From: Phallusia mammillata
Lineage: Eukaryota
Length of the DNA: 64,000 bases
Assembly: GCA_965637545.1 (NCBI GenBank)
Contig: OZ281497.1
Coordinates: 24,676,001-24,740,000 of the forward strand
Direction: 5' to 3'
The notes under the pieces were generated by a model, which worked only from the letters and a program-made list of their open reading frames with translations, was not told where the DNA came from and did not search any database. Positions 38,151 to 51,050 of this stretch are shown piece after piece. How positions within the stretch are numbered: the first letter of the stretch is position 1; each line of letters opens with the position of its first letter. Both the position numbers and the translations under genes were made by a program.

Positions 38151-39119
38151 TGTAATCAACGATGGGTTTTTGTCATCAAACGGTCTAAATCTTTTATTAC
38201 CTCAACTCATTATCTAAAACTGAAACTCAGTCTTTTGTGGGCCAATACGCCTAAAGAGAAAACGCCTAGCTTGATTAATTCAGTTTTAAAAAACAACGAT
38301 CGCACCCAGTAATGCGATTCAAAATTTTCACAGAAGTCGTATTTTCCAGACGGTTCTGTTACAAAGAGTCCATTCACAGTAACCAGTAACACTAACCGAC
38401 TGCCTGATCTCATAAAATTTGGTGGACGGTTCCATAGAACCGGTGCAAACCGGCTGAATCCCACCACTGATCGTACCCAAAGCTGTGAGGTTTATTTGCC
38501 TTGGTTTGGTGAATCTTATTACTGCAGCAGAATTTCCAAAGGTGAAACAGCAGTGAGAGCAATAAGTCAATAAATAGGCTAACACTAGGCGCACATTATC
38601 TGTTGCTTGGAACACAATTATACCTGCGTGGTTTGAATGACCAATTAACTAATTGAGGTGTAAATAAACTCCCTGACGAGGCGCAAAAACCTGTAGTGTG
38701 TGATAGTAGTTACGTTCCGTGTTCGACTTACTTGATTAGTGTAAATCGAAGCCGACCTGGATATTTTGTTGTCATACTACTAATTTGTTAATATGTTCTA
38801 CAGGTAAGAAACAACATCACATGCAAACATTTGTCCAACGAAACGATTATAGGCCACCACTCTTTTCTAAACGATTTACTTAGGGTTGAAATACTTCTTA
38901 AACATGATTTCAAACTATTTCAATTGATCAGGAATCGCTGAGTTTGCACGACATTTGCGTGTTTTGACATTGTTATGGCCAATTTTTTACGTGGTGGGTT
39001 ACAGCGGCTTCTTGCATTCATAATAGTATTTTCGGAAGAGGATTTAAAGTTTATAAGATCCATGCAACGTAATGGCTAGTTTTTTGCAAGAAACGTCGCT
39101 TCATACTGATTAAGCTACA

Positions 39120-42100
39120 AATCATACAAAAAGAATTGGCCTGCATTGCAACACTTGATCTGGACACCAAAAAATAATCCTCAATATCTTGATATTGATA
39201 TGAACGGAAACAAGCAAGAAAACTGCTTACTTGATTAAACGTAAAACTCTAACCGAAATAAACAAGGGTCTCTTTTGGAATTCATTGTCAGTAAATCCAG
39301 TTTGAGTGTGCATTTTCCGTTTTGTGCACATTTAGTCATCAACCACTGCAGAAAAACATTGGGTTGCGTGGTATAACGGATGTTGCGTCGACTGTGACAA
39401 GCGGATAAATATTCCTCCTACCTATTAGTCAAACAAGATAATCAACATAAGTTTGTGTAACTACTGAAACGTTCCAAAGCATCTTTTGTTAATTTTGTAA
39501 GAAGGGTATGATAGTTGGTTACTCGCGAAAAACCTAAATATATTTTTCAGTTTCCCTTTTAAACACTATCGTACACAGGAATCTATGAACTGCAGCAGAA
39601 TTGTTACAAGAAAACTAAAAAGGTTGCTTTCTAATATACTCCCATTTTATATAATCTATAACCTATTTGCCAAATTACTGTGTACTTCATTTTATCTACA
39701 CATATGATTGTAGCGTGTTTACGCTAATAAATGTTGTGTTTTATTAGATTTTTAAGGACAAATTATTAGAAAGCGTTTACTTAACTTCAAAAAAAGTTCC
39801 GTCCGTATTCTTTTTTGCGTCATTCTTGTTATATAAGTACAATAGACAGTAAAAAAGAACGGAAAACCACTTTAAATTTATTTTCTTGCTTTGACCTTGA
39901 TATTGTCGTCAAAGGTCAGTTTGTTTTCAAACACCAATTTTCTTGGAAGGCACTAACATTTGTAATACAGACACTACAAATTAAGAAGTCATTTGCTACA
40001 AAAGGTATACATAGCAAACTATTTTTCAACTTTGTTTTGCAAAACGAATACCATTGACCTGTATAAACCATTTGCGGTACAGACGCCGAACGACCGTTAA
40101 ATGACATTTTGACACACTTTTCAAAGTAGGGAGTCCTTAGTGTTCAACAATACCGTTTTGCGTAATTTAAACACCACTTAAGTATTTATTCTAGAATTGA
40201 TTTGTCAAAAATAAAGTATCTACGTTATGACGAAAAATCGTTCTTAACTTGTTTGTAACACCTTCAAGTTGACCTTTGGTGACCCGTGGCCATACGGCGG
40301 CCAAGCTGGCAACAATAATTTAAAGACCACGTATCCCGGCTTTCGAAAAAGTCAAGTTTATTTTTTTATCTTTATGTTGATCAACAAAACGACGTAGCAT
40401 TACAGATGATTTCTAATCACCGAAACGACTGTCTGGTAAAACGCCTGTCCGACGTCAAGCTGAGTCCTCACACTTTGCTTTAAATTATCGGAAACCATTA
40501 CTCCTTTGGGACTTCTATCTTACTGACAGTGTACACATATTATGGGCTTTAAACGTAACCATTGGGCCGATTAAGGCAAAATTTTAAATAATCAATCAGC
40601 ACATTAGATACAATCCGATCATTTCAATGTATGTGTGAATAGGAGAAAATCCCTTTAACATGTTGTTGTTTCTTGCTGTGTTACCATAAGTCTGTGGTGA
40701 AATACAATATGACAATGAAAAAAATACAAAGAAAACCTTTTGAAAGTTGGGTTAATGCTTTCTAATAATTTGTCCGTTGGAATCTAAAAATAACCGCAAC
40801 ATTTCCTTACCGTAAACACGCGTATTGTGATCAATTTTTTTGCTTGCAAAAACAATCATATGTGTAGATCAAATGATGTGTATAGTAAATTGGCAAATAG
40901 GATATAGAATATTTAAATTGGGAGTATATGAGAAAGCAACCTTTCTAGTTTTCTTGTTGCAATTGTGATGCAGTTCATAGATCCCTGTATACGAGAGCGT
41001 CAAATAGGAAAACTGAAATATAGAGAATGTTTTGTTGCAACACCAAACTAGAATGGTGGCTTTCTGATATACTTCCATTTTATATATTTTATACGATATT
41101 TACCAATTTACTATACACATCACTTGATCTACACATATGATTGTTTTTGTAAACAAAAACTAATGGGTCCCCACACGCGTATTTGTGCGGATTTACGGTA
41201 AACAAATGTTGCGGTGATTTTTAAATTCTTAAGAACAAATTTTCAGAAAGCGTTAACCAAACAATGAAAAATTTTGTTGTATTTTTTTGCACTATTATTG
41301 TCGTATAATTACTAAAACATTAAAAAAGAACGAAACAAATACTTTCAATTTAATCTCTTGCTTTGACCCAGATATTGTCGTCCAAGGTCGGGTTTTAAAC
41401 ACAATTTTTTTCTAGAAAGCTGTAACAGTTGTGTTACAGACAATTGAAAAGCGATTTGCTGCAAGTGTATACATAACTTTTCATTTAACTTTGTTTCGCA
41501 AAACGAGTTTTTCATTTAACTTTGTTTCGCAAAATAAGTACCATTGACCTGTAGGAACCTTTAGGGTGCACACACCAAACGACTGTTTGACCTTTTGACA
41601 CCGTTTTCAATAGCACGCCGTCCTTGGTGTTCAACAACACCGTTTGACCTAATTTATACATGCCTTGAGTATTTGATTCAAAAAAAAAAACGCTACGTTA
41701 TGGCGAAAGAAAGTTCTGAACTGTGTTAGTAATACCTACTAATTGACCTTAAGTAACCCGTGGTCATGCAGCGGCCAACCTAACAACGAGCATTTTAAAA
41801 ACTTTTATCTTGCAAAAAAGTCAAGTTTATTTTTTCATATTTAGTTTGTTTAACAAAGTCTTGCTTGACATTATACGAAACCGAAGCACGCTTATTAGGT
41901 TTAAATCGCGTCATATGTGTGAAACCTTTGCCAAAACTGAAAATGTGAGTGATAACTTAATAAAACGACATAGCATTGCTGGGCAAAACAGCTGATTTCT
42001 AATCACCGAACGACGTCTCGTAAAACGTCTGTCCGACGTCAAGCTGAGCCCTCCCGCTCTGGACCAAGTTCGGATTAATATCTAACATATGTCCAAATTT

Positions 42101-42970
42101 GAATAAATTTGAAGCACTCTTTCTTTACTAAACGAGCGTTACAAACCAGCGTTAAAAATTTTACGTTTCAGGGGCCTGTGGATGAACCGCTGGGTAATTT
42201 GGGGTCAAACTTCTGGTGGACCAAGTTTGAATTAATATCTAACATATGTCCAAATTTCAATAAATTTAAAGCACGCTTTCTTCACTAAACGAGCGTTACA
42301 GACCAGCGTTAAAAATTTTACGTTTCGGGGGCCTGTGGGTGAACCGCTGAGTAATTTGGGGTCAAACTTCAGGTGGACCAAGTTTGGATTAATATCTAAC
42401 ATATGTCTCAATTTGAATAAATTTGAAGCACTCTTTCTTGACCAAACGAGCGTTACAAATCAGCGTTAGACAGAAAAAAGAAAAATGAAAAAAAGAATAA
42501 AGGAAAAAAGAAAAAAAGAAAAAAAATACGGACAAAAACAATATGTGCCCCTTCAGGGAAGATGACCCATAATTATCATACACTACTTACAAGATAAACA
42601 AAAATTGCTTTGGAATGTTTCAGTAGTTACACAAACTTATGTTGATTATCTTGTTTGACTAATAGGTAGGAGGAATATTTATCCGCTTGTCACAGGCGAC
42701 GCAACATCCGTTAAACCACGCAATCCAATGTTTTTCTGCAGTGGTTGATGACTAAATGCGCACAAAACGGAAAATGCACACTCAAACTGGATGTACCGAC
42801 AATGAATTCCAAAGGAGACCCCTTGTTTATTTCGGTTAGAGTTTTACGTTTAATCAAGAAAGTAGTTTTCTTGCTTGTTTCCATTTATATCAATATCAAG
42901 GTATCGAGGATAACCGACACAAATATTTTTTGGTGCCCAAATCAATTGTTGCAAGGCAGGCCAATTCTCT
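39120..42970. repeat. Cluster of inverted and direct duplications
   Basis: About 39120-39490 is inverted at about 42600-42970. About 39505-39700 is inverted at about 40860-41050. About 39660-40490 recurs directly at about 41097-42060. About 40690-40905 is inverted relative to about 41097-41310. Confidence 0.8.
41161..42573 (+). mobile_element. Helentron/DINE-1-like non-autonomous element with a 157-bp tandem array (copy 1)
   Basis: 5' subterminal TAATGGGTCCCC, a 157-bp period array (ggaccaagtt at 42061, 42218, 42375), an A-rich tract, then a 3' end ccccttcagggaagatgacccataat shared with the copy at 46021. Confidence 0.5.
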
Positions 42971-42999
42971 TATTGCTCATCAAGCAGTTTTATTGAAAA

Positions 43000-43045
43000 C
43001 AATCGACGTTTTGACGTCCTATACAAAACGCCTTCATCAGGATGA
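43000..43045 (-). ncRNA. Minimal type I hammerhead-ribozyme motif, mutated (GAAA to AAAA)
   Basis: Reads CTGATGA-aggcgttttgtataggacgtc-AAAAC-GTC, in the 3' pLTR of the Penelope-like element. Confidence 0.45.
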
Positions 43046-44254
43046 CATATCTTGCAGGACAAAATTCTTATAAAGCGACAAAATGCAAAACATACACACA
43101 AAAAAACAGCGATAAGATCGCGCGTGCTGCAAACTCGCACCAACGCAGTGATAAAAATACAAGCTCAGTGGTGTAAAAGCGGCCGAAAATTTATCGGCAT
43201 TAGAACATCTGTTTTAGCGTTCATTGTGTTGGCGTGTGAACGGATGTTCCAAAACTAGCATCATTCGTGTCCACATTCCTTTCGTGCTTCTTTCGTGTTT
43301 AGACTACTACCGGTCTCACCGATATAAATTTCGTCACACTCCCGGCACGGTATAGCATACACCACACCCCTTGTCGAAGTAGAGCATTTAGCGGGTCTTT
43401 TGGGTGCGACAGCATCTGACGTAGGGTGTTTGCTGGTTTAACCCCAACCGATACACCGAAATCGTTCAACATACAACGGATTATATCTGTTAACCTTGGT
43501 ATGTAAGGTAAGGTGAAAAAGGCACGTTCTTTGTACTGGATCTGTTTCGTGAAACCTTTTTATGATCACGGATAATCTAGTTCAGGTAGCCATATAACCG
43601 CAGGGCCTCATTTACCCTGTGCAATTCCGTTTGGAGCAATGCTAGGTCTGTCGTCAAGCGTACGGCCTGGTCTTTAAGTGCTTTGACAACAGCCTTTTTC
43701 TGGTATAATGCATGATGGGATGTAAAGTGTAAATAGCGCGTGGTACTGGTCGGCTTGTGGAACACACCTGTTCTTGCTTTCAAAATCCATATTGAATGCA
43801 ATTCCTCGTTGCACATTGTTTAAATGTCACAAAAACTCCGATACCTGGTGTTTATCAATGATACATGTATCATCTACATACTGTCGCCCAAACCGTGGTG
43901 GCGTGGCAATAGTTTGCAAGGCACGTTCCTCGGCAGACTCCATGACCATGTTGGCAACGGCCACTGACACAGGACAGTCCATGGCCGTGCCATACATTTG
44001 TTTGTAAAAGAAACCTCTGAATCTAAAGTATGTTTGTTGCAAAGAAACCTCAAGCCCCCTATGTATGTCTTCATGAGTCCATGTGGTCCTGTGTTTAAGG
44101 CTGTAATCATGGAGTAAACGCGACTTCGTTATTTCCAATGCTAGATCGATTGGTACGTTGGTAAACAATGAAGTAACATCAAATGAAACCAACGTTTCGT
44201 CTTCACACAATGATTGTTGCGCTTTATAAGAATTTTGTCCTGCAGGATATTTCA

Positions 44255-44300
44255 TTATCCTGATGAAGGCGTCTTGTATAGGACGTCGAAACGTCGATTG
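44255..44300 (+). ncRNA. Minimal type I hammerhead-ribozyme motif of a Penelope-like pLTR
   Basis: CTGATGA (44260-44266), then one A, stem II ggcgtctt/aggacgtc (8 bp with two GU pairs), then GAAAC-GTC (44288-44295) containing the palindromic ACGT. Confidence 0.6.
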
Positions 44301-45114
44301 TTTACAATAAAACTGCTGGATGAGCAATACTTGGTTATACATAATGCCTGGCAGCAATAAGAAATGCCTGCCATAATGCCTGGCAGCAATAAAACAGGGA
44401 AACAATTACTGGGTTTGAGAACCCATAGGCATATGACATTAAACTGGTATTACCCAAATGTGAAGAAAAGCTGTTATTTTAGAACTGTCCGCCATGGGTA
44501 TTTAAGATTACCCGAACTTAGGATCTAACGTTGAAAAATATTTAGCGTCCGACATTTCGTCGTGGCTATCGTCCAACTCTCAGTAGAGGGTATAACACTT
44601 CTTTTTCGTCAGGTGATTCACTGGCCTATAGACAAAATGTGGTCTCACCTGACTTTTTCCGTACCAGTGCAATAGAACTAGACCACGACCACCACTAACG
44701 CAAAATAAGAAACTCTGTGTGGGTCGTTATCCTGGACAAGCGCTAAGAGGAAACGCAGTAACAGTCGCTATGGAGTGTTTATTAGCAGAAAAAAATATGG
44801 CAAAATATTGACAAACTATACGGCAGGGGTGGGCAAACTTTTCAGTGCAAGGGCCGCATTCAAAAGTTCTTAATCTTATGGGGCCGCGTAGTATTTCATC
44901 AACGGCCACCAATTACTTGCTTGTTTTTGTTTTAAAACTAGAATAGTGGTTTTCCTATATATTGCCGGGTTATATATACTACATCATATTTAATGATGTA
45001 TCACATATTCCATTTACTACATTCATAATGGATATATATTTGGCACCTACATTTCATTGGGTCCCTAGCTTCTTCCTGGCACTTTATAACCTAATTGTTT
45101 CTGCAAGCATAATC

Positions 45115-46050
45115 TAATGGGTCCCCACACATATGCATATGCGATGACACAATCACTGTTAGATATTTACCAATTTACTGTACACATAATTTGATGTACA
45201 CATATGATTGTTTTTGCAAGCAAAAACGAATGGGTCCCCACACGTGCGTTTGTGCGGATTTATGGTAAACAAACATCCTGGTTATTTTTAGATTCTTAAG
45301 GACAAGCTTAACCAACTTTAGCCTTACCCCAAAAAGTTTTGTCCGTATTGTTTTTGCATCATTATTGTCATATAATTACAAAAAACCGTAAATAGGAACA
45401 CAGCTGTTAAAAATTTTAGCAGGTTAAGTCTTGTATTTCTGGCCTCAATAACATGTGAACAAACAAACAAATATTTGGGGCTAAAGGGGTGAAAATGGAT
45501 ATATACAACTTCAAGTTACAAAATAGTTTAAAATACGCTGCAATGTACCAATCAAAACGTATGTAACTCCAGAAACATCTGCTTTAGCAAGTATGGCTGT
45601 TTTAAAAATTTCACGTTTTGGGGGGCTGTGGGGGAACCAAGGGGTCAAACAAGGTCAAAATTCACATGGACCATCTTTTGACCAATATCTATAATGTGTG
45701 TAAATATGAAAAAGTTTGAACCATTCTTTCTTGATCAAAACGTGGGAACAAATCCGCGTTAAAAATTTTACGTTTTGGGGGGCTGTGGGTGAACCGAAGA
45801 ATCAAACGGGGTCAAAATTCACATGGACCATCTTTAGACCAATATCTGTAATGTGTGTAAAATTGAAAAATTTTGAACCATTCTTTCTTGACCAAAACGT
45901 GGGAACAAATCCGCGTTAGAAAGAAAAAAAGAAAAAAAGAAAAAAAGAAAAAAAGAAAAAAAGAAAAAAAGAAAAAAAGAAAAAAGAAAAAAGAAAAAAA
46001 AATATAGACAAAAACAATATGTGTCCCCTTCAGGGAAGGGGACCCATAAT
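45115..46050 (+). mobile_element. Helentron/DINE-1-like non-autonomous element with a 157-bp tandem array (copy 2)
   Basis: 5' TAATGGGTCCCC (45115; second copy at 45231), two 157-bp units (45604, 45761), a (GAAAAAAA)n tract at about 45920-46000, and a 3' hairpin GTCCCCTTC-AGG-GAAGGGGAC overlapping GGGGACCCATAAT, the inverse of the 5' motif. Confidence 0.55.
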
Positions 46051-47637
46051 AACTGGTGTAAAGAATTTGGTTTATATCATGTATATACCATTTAAAGCCA
46101 TGTAAAATGCTGAGATTAATAATTTCTAACTTGTTGCATAAGTTTAGCTAAACGAAGCTAACTGATTATGACGTCATAATATGTATTGTGACGATTGCGG
46201 TGCCTGTTTTCTCGCATTGTTTGCACACAATAAGCGGATAAAAAGCCTGATGCATATAGTTACTAGTCTGGTAATCTTTTTTCCGGTCTCACGAATTCTG
46301 TTTTTAGCAGTTTAAACATCAAAATATTTGGCAAAATAGGTTTAGTTACTTCACGGCCGCCAAACTCGTCTCCGCGGCCGCATGTGGCCGTACGGCCGCA
46401 GGTTGTGCACGCCTGATCTAGCTCAAAATATTAACATATGCATATTTTCAGGTATTTGTTGTCACTTGTTTGGACAAACATTGGTTGAAACGCTACAATT
46501 GTAATTGTTTCAAAATAAACAAGCATTTAAACAAGCACGTTTTTGTTAATAAATTCCTTGCGCCAACATTAAACAATGCGAGCCACTTTTAGTATCCATT
46601 TTTAGTATATGCAATACGGGTCCTGCAATACGGGTACTGTGTTCTTACTCGTCGAAATTAAGTACGTCCCGCTTAATAGATTATCGGAAAGTGTAAACTG
46701 TCGGTTCCTTTCCACTAATACAGGTATCGAATCAGACACAATCATGTTTACATACTTAACAAACGAACCCGGTACACATACCTCAGTAGTTGATGGCACA
46801 AATACATCCTCAAGAATATCTCATTTTTAACCTCGACAAGGTAAGCGCTCTCAACAAGTGATTGCAGGGCATAAACAAAAGCACGCCCACCTTACTGATG
46901 CCATTGCCTACAGCTGAGGAGTTCATTGCGCAATGTTGTTAAATTCGTGGGGCGTTCCTTTTGGACTTTGGCCTTTGTCACCTTCAAAAGATAATTGGTT
47001 CCCTTCGCCTGTTCCTTTGCCAAGGTCTCGCAAAAAATCCTTACCAACGTGGGTTGAAAACAAATGGCGTTTGACGTCGTCTGCTGCCTTGACACTTGCA
47101 GAAGAGTTAAAAAAAAACATTAAAAAAATCTCCCTGCATTTCATGAAACGGAGGCGACATACTTAATGTAAAAGACGTCCTGCGCTATAACTCGCGCCTG
47201 CTTGACTGCAGAGTCATGGCGTGCTTGCCAATTTGTGTGCCCTCCAATTTAACGGTTGGCAAAAGCAACGAAACACCCTAGTTTAGGCGCGTTTGAGCAC
47301 TGCTGTCTTTCATCAAAAACAATAAAACAGTTCGATATTGATAAAATCACTGCGCAGCACAATATTCAAGACAAGTTAACAGTACGACAGCCGGTAGACC
47401 ACCCCTCTCAACAGCACTTGACCCGCAAAACGGCTTGTAACGCACGAAAAAAGGCTTGCGACAAAACTAATAAAGAAACTAAGACGTGATGTTTTCAACG
47501 TGCTACAGGCACCTGCTCAAAGATTAGAGGCCTAATCATTTCCTATCGCGCGGTGTTTTCGTTGCGTCGTGACGTGCTTGCGTTTAATTATTTTTTCCTT
47601 TGTTTATCGTGCACTGTACTACGCGCATTTAGTGTTA

Positions 47638-47745
47638 TTTACCCTGATGAAGGCGACCTGTATAGGACGTCGAAACGTCGGAATAGAAATACTTGCCATA
47701 AGAGCTCAATTAACTTGATATTATGCCTGGCAGCAATAAGCTTAT
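47638..47745 (+). ncRNA. Solo Penelope-like pLTR with an intact-core hammerhead motif
   Basis: CTGATGA (47644-47650) ... GAAAC-GTC (47672-47679). Downstream atgcctggcagcaataag is shared with 44344-44361. Confidence 0.55.
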
Positions 47746-49089
47746 ATAAGAAACTTACGGTCAAGTGGTCGAAACCCAGTGGTCAGTTATCACCGCCCTA
47801 ACGGCTTGTAGTCGGTTACCATTGAAATAAATTGTAGCTGGAATGCTGCTAAAGGCAAAGATGGTGAAACAATGCTCACAAGATGTTTGAATTGCTTTTG
47901 ACAGCTTGTTTTCATCAGTTTCAAACAATTTATGGAAACAAATAACTTAAACAAAACTAACCGGGCAGTAGGCTAAACTTCTAGCACAAAATAAAAAACT
48001 CGGTTAACATGAAGTTACGAAAACGCAACGCATAACCCCAATGTTTGAGTTGGAATCCACAATCGCAAAAATATTTTTGGAAAACTATTACGCAAACAAG
48101 CGTTTTTATGATTGTTGGTTGTAGTTATATGAAGCAATTTAGTTCGAGTTTTCTGTGTGGTTTGTGTGAGCTGATATCAATAGCAAACACAAATTAGGCA
48201 TATTTGTGCGAGTACGTTAATCGTTTGGCGTGCCATGAATCACCTCGAGTGCCAATCTTGGCACGCGTGCCGAGCTCTGGGCTAAGGTTTCGCTTGCCAA
48301 AACATTTTGTTGAAAATTCGTCACTTAATGACGTTTAACATAGTTTATGATACAATATTTAGCAGATTATGTTGTCTAACAAGTACTATCTTCCAATGCA
48401 AAACGTCATGCATATCCACCCGAAGAAAGCAGGCACCAAGGTAACGGTTAGATAGGGTTAGAAAGTTAGTTTCGAGGTTGAGAATTAGTTTTTGAGGATT
48501 CTTTTTCGCCTGAATCAAATAAAACTCACCAAAAAGAGTCAGCTTAGAAATAGGTAAAGTTCTGGACCATCATATTCCAGAAGGATGTGTTATTACTACA
48601 TATGTTTTGGTAAAGAAAAGAGAATGGGCGAAATATTTTTTACCAGTAAAAAGCAACAATTTGACTCAACAAGGCTGTTGGACACAAAAGGGCAAAACAT
48701 TGCTGTATACAGCAATTATATAAAAAAAGCAATTATATATAATTCGGATTTTTTTAATAAGCTGATAATTGGACAGAGGAAAACTTAGACCGACAAGTGT
48801 CGGTAGTGTGTGCAAGGGTACCTTCTTAATTTGGATCTTCACTTTCACCAGAAAATCTAGAGTATTTCGATTTATAAGAAATTGTAATCATTTATGGTTT
48901 TTGTCTTCAAATGATTAAAATTTGTTATTACCTAATAAAACTTTTTGATACTGCTGCAGAAGTACGAATGGTGATACGTCAGCGGGTGCATTAAGTCAAT
49001 GAATAAGTTTGACAATAGGCACACATTATCTTTTGCCCGGAAACAATTATACCTGCGTGATTTAAATGACCAATTAATTGCGTGTAGGT

Positions 49090-49310
49090 CAGCTGTGGGC
49101 AACCTTCGTCACTGTGGGGCCAAATACAATTGCAATAACTAGATCGCGGGCAGCACCTTTGTATGACACAAGGTGATTTTATTTCGTTGCATAATAAAAA
49201 TGCCTTACTACAAGTAAACTCGCATTTGATTCTCGCAGCATATTGTGTCTCTGCGGGCCGCACAACCTTTAATCAAGAGCCGCATGTGGCCCGCAGGTTG
49301 CCCACCCCTG
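49090..49310. mobile_element. hAT MITE (221 bp)
   Basis: TIRs CAGCTGTGGGCAAC / GTTGCCCACCCCTG and a perfect 8-bp TSD GTGTAGGT. The flanks are homologous to the empty site at about 38610-38720. Confidence 0.88.
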
Positions 49311-49458
49311 GTGTAGGTAGACCCCTGACGAGGCACATAATTCTGCCGTGGTTTGTGATAGCAGTTCGGGTCCGCTTTTTTGCGGACGACCTGCTCCAAC
49401 ATACATTACGTTGTATTGCTTAACTGTTGACCATTTATAATCATAAGAAATAAAGTTA

Positions 49459-51050
49459 GGGGAGAGCGGGTTAAAATGAGGTGGTGGGGTAAAATGAAGT
49501 TGACCTTTTTTAGACGACCTACTTACGCCACCGTGCGCCGAATCTGTGTTTAGGCGGCCATTTTGAGTATCAATCTTGTCGAGGAAAGATTTTGGTTTCG
49601 GCGGTTCTTTAAAAAGTTTGGAGCAAAAAAATTAAAAATAGCCTGTTTCTTAATATAAGTGACATAAGTTTGATTCTTTTTTTCCCAAGACATATACAGT
49701 TTAGAAATAAAAAGTCTTTATTTTAGATTGGTTAGTGCTGAGACAAAATAATTGGTGATGAATCAAAAAGTTTTCCAGTTATTGTTATTTTTTGTGAAAG
49801 CTTTTTCTGTTCAGTACAGGCGGGGGGCAAAATGAAGTACCCCACTGTGGTATTGCAATACAACTAACCCATATTTATTGACTTTGCTATCACAATGGCA
49901 CGCAATCTAGTATTTTTATTGGTATAGCATAGCTGGCTAGCTGTTAAACAGTTGAGAAACAGAAAATTGGTTTAGGATTTGGAAATTATATAATTGTTTA
50001 TTTAAATGTTAGCTATTGAAGTTTGTATTTTTATTAGACACCCAGCATGGCAAGGATATATAAGAGAAAAATTCATAGGCAAAACTGGTCCAAGGAAGCC
50101 ATGCAATCAGCAGTATTAGAGGTAACAAACAAACGTTTGAGCTACAGAGAGGCATCAGATAGTTTCCATATCCCAGAAAGTACACTTGAAAGAAGGGTGT
50201 CATGGTTCCGAAAAAGCCAGACATTAAATACAGCATGCAGGAAAGGTATGGCTGTAACAGATCATGATATTTAGATCTAGACATACTGTCCCAGATTTTT
50301 CAGTATAGTAGCTGCATTTACCTATTAATGTTTGGTTACTTTTCACTGTCACTGTGCTTTTTAAATGTTACCAATACTAAAATTTTGCAGAACTTGGAAG
50401 ATACAGACTAATTTTTTCTGTTTCACAAGAAAAGCAATTGTTTAAATATGTCAAAATTTTGGAAGCATCACTGTTTGGTCTTACTCCAAAAGAACTTCGT
50501 GGACTAGCATTTCAAGTTGCTAAAAGAAACAACATGGAGAACAAATTTAATCAAAACACTGGCTTAGCCGGCAAAGATTGGCTTCGAGGATTTTAAAGTA
50601 TAAAAAGGCTGCAAACAATGTGAAACTTAATCAGAAAGAAGATGCAGTCTGCTTGTTTTGTGAGTTATATTCCACTTCTACAGAATGATGGATTTGTTGC
50701 TGTATCTGTCATAGGTGGGCACATTACTCGTCGGCTGGAGTTGATGAGTGTGAAAGCTGTATTCGCTATATTTGCGATTTATGCCACTGATTAGGCCTGT
50801 TACTGAAGAAAAGTGTTCATTGGTTGTATTCGTTGTTCTTCGCAACTATTTTCTTTATAAATGCAAAAAAAACAATTTGTTGCTATTTTGTGCATTTTGT
50901 TCTTATTCATTTTAGTGCAGTATGACAAAATCTCATTTTACCCCACCTATGGGGCAAAATGGGAAAAAACGGACCCTTGGGAAATTTAAAATAACTTGTT
51001 GTTTGTAAAGTAAGGCTTGACTATTGGGGGGTGGTTTCTGTAGTAGATAG
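49459..51050 (+). mobile_element. Internally deleted pogo/Tigger-like DNA transposon (HTH_psq + CENP-B-type HTH + PHD relic, no DDE domain)
   Basis: TA precedes GGGGAGAGCGGG. Exon 50047-50245 encodes MARIYKRK..WSKEAM..IPESTLERR. After an intron, 50391-50596 encodes LGRY..GLTPKELRGLAF..AGKDWLRGF*. This jumps to a C-x2-C..WAH..C-x2-C relic at about 50640-50782. Subterminal ggggcaaaatg motifs are present; the right terminus is not resolved. Confidence 0.8.

Larger units (their letters stand above)
42971..44329 (-). mobile_element. 5'-truncated Penelope-like retroelement (RT C-terminus + GIY-YIG endonuclease) flanked by inverted pLTRs
   Basis: Minus strand encodes VSFDVTSLFTNVP, GTAMDCPVS, YVDD, FHKPTSTTRYLHFTSHH, then LPYIP..KPANTL..HPKD..GVWYAIPCRECDEIYIGETG, with stops and frameshifts. 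42971-43078 and 44219-44329 are inverted copies of each other. Confidence 0.9.

Noticed and set aside
38200-38620. Short minus-strand ORFs upstream of ATL-K2 as extra N-terminal exons
   Set aside because: No recognisable domain and no counterpart in ATL-K1; the ATG at 38150 already matches the paralog.
44824-46415. A single 1.6-kb hAT element from CAGGGGTGGGCAAAC to GTTGTGCACGCCTG
   Set aside because: The TIRs differ and the flanking 8-mers (CTATACGG, ATCTAGCT) do not match; probably two unrelated truncated ends.
46600-47500. Several 65-77 aa ORFs in a GC-richer patch
   Set aside because: No motif or consistent splice chain could be identified; left unannotated.
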